Assembly (NCBI GenBank): GCA_963709895.1
Contig: CAVPYD010000014.1
Coordinates: forward strand, 77,693 to 101,692
Direction: 5' to 3'
Source: an uncultured Actinomycetota bacterium
GTDB taxonomy: Bacteria > Actinomycetota > Actinomycetes > Mycobacteriales > Nakamurellaceae
DNA length: 24,000 bases
Each line of letters begins with the position of its first letter. Positions within the stretch are counted from its first letter, which is position 1. The notes beneath the pieces were generated by a model, which was not told the DNA's origin, searched no databases, and saw only the letters and a program-made list of their open reading frames with translations. The position numbers and the translations under genes were made by a program. This document shows positions 9,172 through 18,661 of this stretch, piece after piece.

Positions 9172-9340
9172 TCAAGCGCAGCGGATCAGGTAGAGGCCGA
9201 GACCCCGAGCACGTCGGGAACGAGCCGACTGGCTCGGCGGAAGCCGAAACTACAGCTACCTGGCAGGTATTCAAGAAATTGCGTGATACCACCGCCGTGC
9301 CTTGAGCCCTGCCTGGACACTACCAAAAAAATCGGATTGA

Positions 9341-10609
<1,269 letters not shown>

Positions 10610-10693
10610 TCGCTCCTGGTAGGCAGTAGCGCAAGCAGCTCCGAGCAGTGACGAGTATTGATCGGCAGCCGCCCGCGGGCGAGCGCTGAGCCA

Positions 10694-10734
10694 CCTCGAA
10701 GCCCCGATCCGCACCGCGGGTCGGGGCTTCGAGG
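10694..10734 (+). terminator. 17-bp-stem hairpin about 85 nt after the rpf copy 2 stop
   Basis: CCTCGAAGCCCCGATCC (10694-10710), loop GCACCGC, GGGTCGGGGCTTCGAGG (10718-10734). One G-U pair and no U tract. Confidence 0.45.
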
Positions 10735-10934
10735 CGTCCGGGGACGCATGCGGCAGAGCGCGCACGGTCGCTGCCGGGACGCTTGGATCGCGCAGCGCTG
10801 CCCGGCCGTGACGTCCGTCGATTCCGGGCAGCGCGCGGTGTCCTCGTCGAACGAGACTGCGTTCCGGGTCAGGCTCGCAGCGCTTCGTGACGTTCGCGCG
10901 ACGGGATGCCGGGCGCTGGGCCGGTCACCAGAAG

Positions 10935-11149
10935 ATGCATCTGCATCAAGAATGGGTCCGCCGAACCTCGACCGTCGGCTCACCGCCCGGGAAAGATGCG
11001 CTGGCATCGACTCGGGTGCTGGCCCGGTCACCAGCCGCACCAACATGCGCACGCATCGACCGGCGAGCGATCCGACGACCACGACGAACGAGCAGGTCAC
11101 GGCGGGATTTCCGGCCCTCAGTCCACTCGCCGACACGATGCGTCCGCAT
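10935..11149. promoter_or_regulatory. array of four ATGC-N4-GCAT palindromes (operator-like or mini-hairpins)
   Basis: ATGCATCTGCAT 10935-10946, ATGCGCTGGCAT 10996-11007, ATGCGCACGCAT 11045-11056, ATGCGTCCGCAT 11138-11149. Three extend to GATGC..GCATC, and all are followed by C(A/G)A. Confidence 0.5.
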
Positions 11150-11256
11150 CGATCACGGCCCGGCAGCGACCAACCCGCGAGTATGGCCACGCCCCGCCGG
11201 CACCGCCCCGCTCCAGCCGGGAAACGTGATGCTTCTAACAGTGAAGGTCGAGTTTA

Positions 11257-11297
11257 GACAACGTTGTCAGCATCTTTGTGAGACAGGCAACGTTGCC
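11257..11297. promoter_or_regulatory. twin perfect 12-bp palindromes with a CAACGTTG core; the second overlaps the -35 of copy 3
   Basis: GACAACGTTGTC 11257-11268 and GGCAACGTTGCC 11286-11297, with centres 29 bp apart. Confidence 0.5.
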
Positions 11298-11350
11298 ATC
11301 CGGTGGCTGAACCGTTACAGTTTCGTGATAGAAGCCGGGATGGGAGATCA
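11293..11350 (+). promoter_or_regulatory. predicted sigma-A-type promoter of rpf copy 3 plus conserved leader-start block
   Basis: TTGCCA (11293-11298) - 17 nt - TACAGT (11316-11321). Then GTGATAGAAGCCGGGATGGGAGATCA (11325-11350). Confidence 0.6.
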
Positions 11351-11647
11351 CCGCCCGGGGTTTACCGGGCAGGCGCCCGATTGAGATTTCCCCGAATGTG
11401 TATGCGGGTTTTTGCGCCTGTCTGAGTGTTTTGGCCGCTGTGCCACACACGAATTCGGTGAATCCCTTCCCCTGCCCGGAAACATCGACACCATCGGATG
11501 TGACGTGAACGGACGCGACGACAACCCCGGCCATGACGGCCCCGAGCTGGCGACCGCCCAGAACGACCCGAATGCAACGAATGCCACGAATGACCAGATC
11601 GATATGACCGTTTCTGCCGACAGCGCCGACAGTGCCCAGCACCGACG

Positions 11648-12845
11648 GTGACGTCGTCACGCAGAGCAGCCGGTCTGCGCATCAGGCTGGCTCGACCACG
11701 CCGCCCCGGGCTGCGCCGCAAGGTGATCCTGGTCGGCGCCGCGGCGACCATCGGTCTGCTCGCGGTCGGTGGCGCGACGGCGGCCTCGCTGGCCAAGACC
11801 GTCACCATCACTGTCGACGGGCAACAGCGCCAGGTCACCACGCTGGCCGGTTCGGTGGACGGCGCGCTGTCCTCGGCCGGACTGCAGGCTGGCGAGCACG
11901 ACGTGCTGGCGCCGGCCGCCGGCACCGACATCACCGATGGCGCGCAGATCGCCCTCGAGCACGGTCGGCTGCTGACGCTGACCATCGACGGTCAGCAGCG
12001 TCAGGTGTGGACCACCGCCAAGACCGTTGACGAGGCGTTGAGCCAGCTGGGTCAGGACCCGAACGCGTTCCAGCTGTCCGCCGACCGTTCCCGCGCGATC
12101 CCGCTGGACGGGCTCGCCGTGACGGCCGATCCGCTGCGCACCGTGTCGGTGTCCGACGCGGGTGCACCGGCGGCCCCGGTCAAGACCGGCGCACGAACCG
12201 TTGCCGACGTGCTCACCGGCCTGAACACCCCGCTCGGCCCGAACGACACCGTCGTCCCCGACGCGTCGACGCCGGTGACGGACGGCCTGCAGATCACGGT
12301 GTTCCGGATCTCCATCGCCACCAGCACCGACACGGTGGACGTCGCGCCGGCCGACCAGCAGGTGGACGACCCCAACCTGAACAAGGGCAGCACCGCGGTC
12401 GCGCAGCAGGGTGTGCCCGGCAAGACGCAGGTCGTCACCCAGGTGACCACCGTCAACGGTCTCGAGCACGAGCGCAAGGAACTGTCCAGGACCGTTATCT
12501 CCGAGCCCACCCCGTCGATCACCCATGTCGGCAGCAAGTCCACGCTGGACGTGCAGGGCAGCCGGGTGTTCTTCCATGACACCGAGTTCGGTGTCAACTG
12601 GGACGGCATGGCGTATTGCGAATCGACGAACAACCCCAAGGCCGTGAACAACCCCGTCCGGGTATCTGTCCACCTACGGGCTGTTCCAGTTCGACATCCC
12701 GACCTGGGAGTCCGTCGGCGGCAGCGGCAACCCGCTGGATGCCTCGCCGGAAGAGCAGCTGATGCGCGCGAAGCTGCTGTACCAGAGCCGTGGCCTCGAG
12801 CCGTGGTTGTGCGGGTACGCGGCCTCCGGGCCGCCCGCCGGCTGA
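11648..12845 (+). CDS. RpfB-architecture protein, paralogue 3 (TM, 3x DUF348, G5) with a divergent SLT-like lysozyme domain; frameshifted as sequenced
   Basis: ORF 11648..12880 is good up to ..[22 protein letters not shown]. An extra C in the C4 run at 12652-12655 then moves the sensible reading to [62 protein letters not shown], with the stop at 12843-12845. The acidic/Asn-rich N-terminal tail seems spread over two further frames (from GTG 11505 or ATG 11604: ..NDPNATNATNDQIDMTVSADSADSA / [26 protein letters not shown] / [10 protein letters not shown]), so the true start may be upstream of 11648. Confidence 0.8.
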
Positions 12846-12878
12846 TCGCCCACCCGCACTCGAGACAACGAACAAGTT

Positions 12879-12917
12879 GAGAAACGGACCCCGACCACTC
12901 GTCGGGGTCCGTTTCTC
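12879..12917 (+). terminator. intrinsic-terminator-like hairpin between rpf copy 3 and rsmA
   Basis: GAGAAACGGACCCCGA (12879-12894), loop CCACTCG, TCGGGGTCCGTTTCTC (12902-12917), followed by GTTTCTC. Confidence 0.6.
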
Positions 12918-12984
12918 GTTTCTCCCGGCCGCCAGACGGCGAGTGGTTGACGCGCCCGCAACCCGCGCGTGTGAGGATGGTGCG

Positions 12985-13884
12985 GTGACCGATCGCGTGC
13001 GCCTGCTCGGCCCTGCCGAAATCCGCAGACTGGCCGAAGAGCTGGACCTGCACCCGACGAAGACGCTGGGTCAGAACTTCGTGCACGACGGCAACACCGT
13101 CAGACGCATCGTGGCCGCTGCCGACCTGCGGTCCACCGATCACGTGCTCGAGGTCGGTCCAGGCCTCGGCTCGCTCACCCTGGGTTTGCTCGACTCGGTG
13201 GCTGAGGTCACCGCGCTGGAGATCGATCCGCGCTTGGCGGAGTTGCTGCCGCGGACCGTCGCCGAACACGCCCCGGGGCGTGCCAAGGCCCTGCGGGTGA
13301 TCACCGCCGACGCCCTCGACGTCACGGCGGACCGGCTGGCGGTCCTCGATGACGTCCCAGCCCCGCCCGACCCGACCGCACTGGTGGCGAACCTGCCCTA
13401 CAACGTCGCGGTGCCGGTGCTGCTGCACCTGCTGGCGGAGGTGCCGACGCTGCGGCGGGTGCTGGTGATGGTGCAGTCCGAGGTCGCGGATCGGCTGGTG
13501 GCTCCGCCCGGATCGAAGACCTACGGCATCCCCAGCGCCAAGGCGGCGTGGTACGGCACCGCTCGGCGGGCGGGGTCGATCAGCAGGTCCGTCTTCTGGC
13601 CGGTTCCCGGGGTGGATTCGGCCCTGGTCGCTCTCGACCTGCATCCGCACCCCCGCACCGACGACCGGGCGGCGGTCTTCGCTGTCATCGACGCGGCGTT
13701 CGCGCAGCGGCGCAAGACGCTGCGCTCCGCGCTGGCCGATTGGGCCGGCTCGGCGGCCTTCGCCGAGTCCGTCTTGACCAGGGCAGGCATCGATCCGACA
13801 GCCCGCGGTGAGGTTCTCGCCGTCGACGACTTCGCCCGCATTGCGCGTGCCCTGGAACAGCTGGACGCGGTCGAGCACGAATGA
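12985..13884 (+). CDS. rsmA: 16S rRNA (adenine1518/1519-N6)-dimethyltransferase
   Basis: ORF 12790..13884. I start it at GTG 12985, with GAGGA 8 nt upstream. [28 protein letters not shown] (SAM-binding motif) and [11 protein letters not shown] are KsgA/RsmA signatures. Intact. Confidence 0.9.
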   Translation: MTDRVRLLGPAEIRRLAEELDLHPTKTLGQNFVHDGNTVRRIVAAADLRSTDHVLEVGPGLGSLTLGLLDSVAEVTALEIDPRLAELLPRTVAEHAPGRAKALRVITADALDVTADRLAVLDDVPAPPDPTALVANLPYNVAVPVLLHLLAEVPTLRRVLVMVQSEVADRLVAPPGSKTYGIPSAKAAWYGTARRAGSISRSVFWPVPGVDSALVALDLHPHPRTDDRAAVFAVIDAAFAQRRKTLRSALADWAGSAAFAESVLTRAGIDPTARGEVLAVDDFARIARALEQLDAVEHE

Positions 13885-14804
13885 CCTCGGCGACAGCCAC
13901 ATTTGTCGGCACGATCCGGGTACGGGCCCCGGCGAAGATCAATTTGCACCTCTCGGTCGGGCCGGTGCGGCCGGACGGTTATCACGAACTCGTCACCGTG
14001 TTCCACGCCGTCGACCTCGTCGACGAACTGACCATCACCACCGCCGACCGTCATTCGGTCCGCACCGAGCCGTCGGACGGCGTACCCGCCGGTGCCAAGA
14101 ATCTGGCCGGTGCCGCGGCCAGGTTGCTGGCGCGGCGCAGCGGTGGTGGGGGACCGGTGGCCATCGAGATCACCAAGAACATTCCGGTGGCCGGTGGCAT
14201 GGCCGGTGGAAGTGCCGACGCCGCCGCCGCGCTGGTCGGCTGCGCGGCCCTGTGGCGGCTGGACATCGCCCGCAGCGAACTGGCGCAGATCGCCGCGGAT
14301 CTCGGGTCCGACGTGCCGTTCGCGCTGGCCGGCGGCACGGCTGTCGGCACCGGGCGGGGGGAGTTGCTCTCGCCGGTGCTGGCCCGAACCCCGCTGCACT
14401 GGGTGCTGGCGCTGGCCGACGAGGGTCTGTCGACACCGGCCGTGTTCGCCGAGTTGGACCGGCTGCGCGCCGTCGGCGACCCACCGAGGGTGGGACCGGT
14501 GCGCGACATCCTGGCAGCACTGGGCAGCGGTGACGCCGCGGCCGTCGCGGCGGCCCTCGGCAACGACCTGCAGGCCGCCGCCATCTCGTTGCAACCGGGT
14601 CTGCGGCGGACGCTGCGGGCGGGGATCGCGGCCGGCGCGCTGGCCGGAATCGTCTCCGGTTCCGGACCGACCATCGCATTGCTCTGCGCGGACGCCGAGT
14701 CGGCCGGTGGTGTCGCCGTCGAGCTGACCGGGTCCGGAACCTGTCGCGCGGTCCGGGTCGCCACCGGCCCCGCCCAGGGGGCCCGGATTGTCGGGACACG
14801 CTGA
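13881..14804 (+). CDS. ispE: 4-(cytidine 5'-diphospho)-2-C-methyl-D-erythritol kinase
   Basis: The ATG overlaps the rsmA stop (ATGA). [29 protein letters not shown] and [18 protein letters not shown] (GHMP kinase motif). Intact, 307 aa. Confidence 0.9.
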   Translation: MTSATATFVGTIRVRAPAKINLHLSVGPVRPDGYHELVTVFHAVDLVDELTITTADRHSVRTEPSDGVPAGAKNLAGAAARLLARRSGGGGPVAIEITKNIPVAGGMAGGSADAAAALVGCAALWRLDIARSELAQIAADLGSDVPFALAGGTAVGTGRGELLSPVLARTPLHWVLALADEGLSTPAVFAELDRLRAVGDPPRVGPVRDILAALGSGDAAAVAAALGNDLQAAAISLQPGLRRTLRAGIAAGALAGIVSGSGPTIALLCADAESAGGVAVELTGSGTCRAVRVATGPAQGARIVGTR

Positions 14805-16700
14805 TGGCCAATCTGGTCAACATCGAGTCGGCGACCGTCGTGCACGGCATGCGTACGGTGCTCGACGCGGTCTCCATCGGCGTGCAAACCGGTGATCGGG
14901 TCGGTGTTCTCGGTCTCAACGGGTCCGGCAAGACGACATTGCTCAAGCTGCTGGCAGGGATCGAGCACCCGGACTCCGGCCGGGTTGCGACGCTCCGGAA
15001 CACGGCCGTCGCCTTCGTCCCGCAGACATCGAACCTGCCCGACGACCGGACGGTGCGCGAGGCGGTGCTGCACACCTTCGGCGAGGCCGAACACGTGTGG
15101 GCGTCCGATGCGGCCGTGCGAGAGGTGCTCTCCGGCCTCGGGCTGCCCGGGATCGGCCTGGACAGTTCGCTCCGCACGCTGTCGGGCGGGGAACGGCGGC
15201 GGGTCGCGTTGGCCGCGGCGCTGGTGACGGATGCCGACCTGCTGGCCCTGGACGAGCCCACCAACCACCTGGACATCGAGGCGGTCGCCTGGCTGGCCGG
15301 GCACCTGCAGGGCCGGCGGGGTGCGTCGGTGGTGGTCACCCACGACCGCTGGTTTCTCGACGCCATCGCCACCACCACCTGGGAAGTGGTCGACGGCGCG
15401 GTGCTGGCCCGTGAGGGTGGTTACTCCGACTGGGTTTTCGCCAGGGCAGAGCGGCTGCGGCTGGACCGGGCCGCCGAGGAACGCCGGAAGAACCTGGCGC
15501 GCAAGGAGTTGGCCTGGCTACGGCGCGGGCCGCCTGCCCGGACCTCCAAGCCGCGCTACCGCATCGAGGCCGCCGAAGCCATCATCGCCGGCGAACCGGA
15601 GCCGCGAAACACCGTGGAGCTGCATGCTTTTGCGCGCCGCCGGCTGGGCGCGATCGTGCTGGAGCTGGAGGACGTCTGGGCGTCGGTGCCCGGTCCGGCC
15701 GGTTCGACGGGCTCCGCCCGCGGGTCGGCGGTCGGGGTCGAGACCAACCCGGCGCACGCCGGGGAGCGGGTGCTGTTGGCGGACGTCACCTGGCGGATCG
15801 GCCCTGGCGACCGGATCGGGGTGGTCGGCGTCAACGGGTCGGGCAAGTCCACCCTGCTGCGCATCCTGGTCGGCGAGCTGGCGCTGACCCGCGGCCGGCT
15901 CAAGACCGGCACCACCGTGCACCTGGGGTACCTGTCCCAGGAGGTCGGGGAACTGCCCGGCGCAGTCCCGGCTGATCGAAGCGATCACCGAGATCGCCTC
16001 CGTGGTCCAGCTGGGCGACAAGGATGTCTCGGCGTCGGCGCTGGCGGAACGCTTCGGCTTCACCCCCGCCCAGCAGTGGACGCGGGTGGCGGAACTGTCG
16101 GGTGGCGAGCGGCGACGGCTGCAATTGCTGCGCATCCTGATGGCCGAGCCGAACGTGCTCATCCTGGACGAACCGACCAACGACCTGGACACCGATACCC
16201 TGTCCGCGCTCGAGGATCTGCTCGACTCCTGGCCGGGCACGCTGATCGTGGTCAGCCACGATCGCTATCTCATCGAGCGGGTCACCGACGATGTGTACGC
16301 ACTGATGGGGGACGGCGCGATCACCCACCTACCGGGTGGGGTGGACGAGTACCTGCGCCGGCGTCGGGAGTCGGTGGCCGCGGAGCTGGCGCAGCAGTCC
16401 AGGGCGGGGAGCGCATCTTTCGGCGCGCCACCGCCCGCCGCGCCGGCGGGGTCGACCAGCTCGACCGCTGCTCAGGACGCCGCAGCGGTGCGCGGGCTGC
16501 GCAAGGACCTGCAACGCCTGGAGCGTCGGCTGGAATCGTTGCAGCGCAAGGAATCAGATCTGCACCACAAGCTGGCGGAGGTCGGCGCCGACTATGTCAC
16601 CGCCGCCGAATTGAACGCGTCGCTGTTGCAACTTCACGGCGAGGTCGCCGCAGCCGAGGCCGAGTGGCTGGCCGCGGCCGAGGCGCTGGAGAACAGTTGA
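14804..16700 (+). CDS. ABC-F family ATPase (two NBDs, C-terminal coiled coil; Uup-like), frameshifted as sequenced (+1 near 15962-15969)
   Basis: The ATG overlaps the ispE stop (TGATG). Walker A motifs GLNGSGKTT and GVNGSGKST, with signature LSGGERRR twice. ORF 14804.. is sensible up to ..YLSQEVGELPGA and continues in ORF 16002..16700's frame as (S/V)RLIEAITEIASVVQLGDKD... The CCC run at 15967-15969 is the likely site. Confidence 0.85.
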
Positions 16701-16712
16701 GCCCGGGTCCCC

Positions 16713-16767
16713 CGAGCCACCACTTTCGGTCGTTTCCTACTGGGTAGGGGCCGAAAGTGGTGGCTCG
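16713..16767. terminator. bidirectional hairpin between convergent ABC-F and hydrolase genes
   Basis: CGAGCCACCACTTTCGG (16713-16729) pairs with CCGAAAGTGGTGGCTCG (16751-16767). The 21-nt loop contains CCTAC-TGG-GTAGG. Confidence 0.6.
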
Positions 16768-16785
16768 ATGAGATATCAGGGCGTG

Positions 16786-17523
16786 TCAGCGGGTCAGGAA
16801 CGGCATCACCACGGCGGCGAAGGAGTCCGGCGCACTGGCGTGCCCGCGCCGCGAGCCCTCCAGATCGGCACGAACAGCGCCGGGGATGGCGGCGGCCAGC
16901 AGGTCCAGCAGCGCGCGCTGCCCGGCATCGTCGGAACCGGCGCCGATGATCAAGGTGGGCGCGGTGATCTGGGCCAGCGACTCCCACCACCGGGGGTCGG
17001 CGTGCGCCAGTTGGGCGAGCACCGCGCGCGCCCGGGAGAAGCCGTGCACGTTCTGCTTGATCTTCCCGCGCCGCAGCGTCGTGACCGCGCCGTTGATCGC
17101 CATCCCTGGCGACATCCGGCTGCTCACCGGCGGTCCCGAGCGCGGCGGCGCGGCCGGCTGCTCCAGCACCAGCCGCCGCACCAGCTGGGGGTCCTTGGCC
17201 GCGACGCTGGCCGCCAGGTAGGCGCCGAAGCCGCAGCCCACCACGTCCACCGGGTCGGTCGACAGATGCTCGATCACCCGGCGGAGGTGATCGACGAAGG
17301 CGGCCAACTCCGAGCCACGAACGGGGTCGCTGTGCCCGGTGCCGGGCAGGTCGATCGCCACCAGCTGCCGATCGGCGTCGCAGACCTTGTGGGTCAGGCC
17401 TTCCCACGTCGCCGCCGACGACCCCAGGTCGGGGACGGACAGGATGGGGTCCCCGGTGCCGTTGGAGTAGATGCGGACGTCGCGCTCGTCGATGGTCAGG
17501 TCGTAGATCGCGCTGAAGGCCAT
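16786..17523 (-). CDS. alpha/beta-fold hydrolase
   Basis: The C-terminal 245 aa of ORF 16786..17883, starting MAFSAIYDLTIDERDVRIYSNGTGDPILSVPDLGSSAATWEGL...AIDLPGTGHSD...VDVVGCGFGAYLA (nucleophile-elbow-like G-x-G-x-G). ATG 17523 is the chosen start and ATG 17541 the alternative. The upstream part of the ORF is Arg/Pro/Trp-rich junk. Confidence 0.7.
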   Translation of the reverse strand: MAFSAIYDLTIDERDVRIYSNGTGDPILSVPDLGSSAATWEGLTHKVCDADRQLVAIDLPGTGHSDPVRGSELAAFVDHLRRVIEHLSTDPVDVVGCGFGAYLAASVAAKDPQLVRRLVLEQPAAPPRSGPPVSSRMSPGMAINGAVTTLRRGKIKQNVHGFSRARAVLAQLAHADPRWWESLAQITAPTLIIGAGSDDAGQRALLDLLAAAIPGAVRADLEGSRRGHASAPDSFAAVVMPFLTR

Positions 17524-17587
17524 TCGTGCATCGTCTCCCATGACGTCGGTGCCAACCGTTCCCGGCGTCGCACCGGCTTCGGCCCGT

Positions 17588-18559
17588 TCAGTATGCCGAG
17601 GGCTCCGGTGGTGCTGTGGCGCCGTGGTAGGTGGTCGCCAGCGCCCCCGCGATGCAGGCCAGCCGGACGGCCTCGGCGGGCGCCAACCCCCGAGCCCAAG
17701 CGACGGCCAGCGTACCGGTGAAGGCGTCCCCGGCTCCGGTGGTGTCCACCGCGACAACGGGCGGTGCCGGGATCTCGCAGCGGGCGCCGTCGGGACCGGC
17801 GTAGCGCGCTCCCGAAGCCCCCAGGGTGGTGACCACGTGCGGAACTCCGGCCAGCGCAGCCGGTCCCAGCGCGTCTGCCTCACCCTCGTTCAGCACGAGA
17901 ACCGTGATCAGCTCGAGCAACTCGGCGGTCAGCGGTGCAACGGGCGACGGATTGAGCAAGACCGGAACACCCGCGGCGGCCGCGGCCCGTGCGCCGGCCA
18001 GCACCGTCGGCATCGGCAACTCGAGCTGGATGAGCAGCATGTCCGCGCCGGCGATGAGCTCCGCGTCGGGCGCGGTCACCCGCACCCGAGCATTGGCCCC
18101 GGGTACCACGACGATCGTGTTCTCCGCAGCGTCGTCCACCGTGATCAGCGCGATGCCGCTGGACCCCGGCACCGCGCCGAGTCGATCGGTGGACACCCCC
18201 GCCGCGGCCAGCCCGCGGGCCAGCCGTCGCCCATAGTCGTCGTCACCGATCGCGCCGACGAAGGACACCCGACCGCCCGCCCTGGCCGCCGAGATCGCCT
18301 GGTTCGCGCCCTTGCCACCCGGCAGCGTGGCGAAATCCGTTCCCGCCGCTGTCTCACCGGGTCCGGGCAGGTGGCGAGTGCGCACCACCAGGTCCATGTT
18401 GACGCTGCCGAGCACCACCAGCCGGGGCGACGCGCCGCCGCCCGTTGCCGGGCCAGGGGACGACGCCGTCGCTCGCTCCGGCACGGTCGCTCGCTCCGGC
18501 ACGGACGCATGCGCCGGCGGGGTACCTGCCACCCGGGCCTCCCGTCTCGCCTTCTCCAT
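17588..18559 (-). CDS. rbsK: ribokinase (PfkB family)
   Basis: This is the terminal part of the spurious 994-aa ORF 17588..20572: LVVLGSVNMDLVVRTRHLPGPGETAAGTDFATLPGGKGANQAISAARAGG ... VDTTGAGDAFTG. The start is uncertain: ATG 18559 gives a 45-aa N-terminal extension, and in-frame GTGs occur in the 18468-18503 repeat. Confidence 0.8.
   Translation of the reverse strand: MEKARREARVAGTPPAHASVPERATVPERATASSPGPATGGGASPRLVVLGSVNMDLVVRTRHLPGPGETAAGTDFATLPGGKGANQAISAARAGGRVSFVGAIGDDDYGRRLARGLAAAGVSTDRLGAVPGSSGIALITVDDAAENTIVVVPGANARVRVTAPDAELIAGADMLLIQLELPMPTVLAGARAAAAAGVPVLLNPSPVAPLTAELLELITVLVLNEGEADALGPAALAGVPHVVTTLGASGARYAGPDGARCEIPAPPVVAVDTTGAGDAFTGTLAVAWARGLAPAEAVRLACIAGALATTYHGATAPPEPSAY
18468..18503. 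repeat. perfect 18-bp tandem duplication (in-frame VPERAT x2 if translated)
   Basis: GTCGCTCGCTCCGGCACG at 18468-18485 and again at 18486-18503. Confidence 0.9.
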
Positions 18560-18661
18560 CTCGCCTGCCGTGCCCTGCCCTGCCGCGGCGCGATCGTCGG
18601 CGCGACGATATCGGACCCGTCGACGGCAGATCGACCGTGATGACGAGTTCCGTGGCTTACC

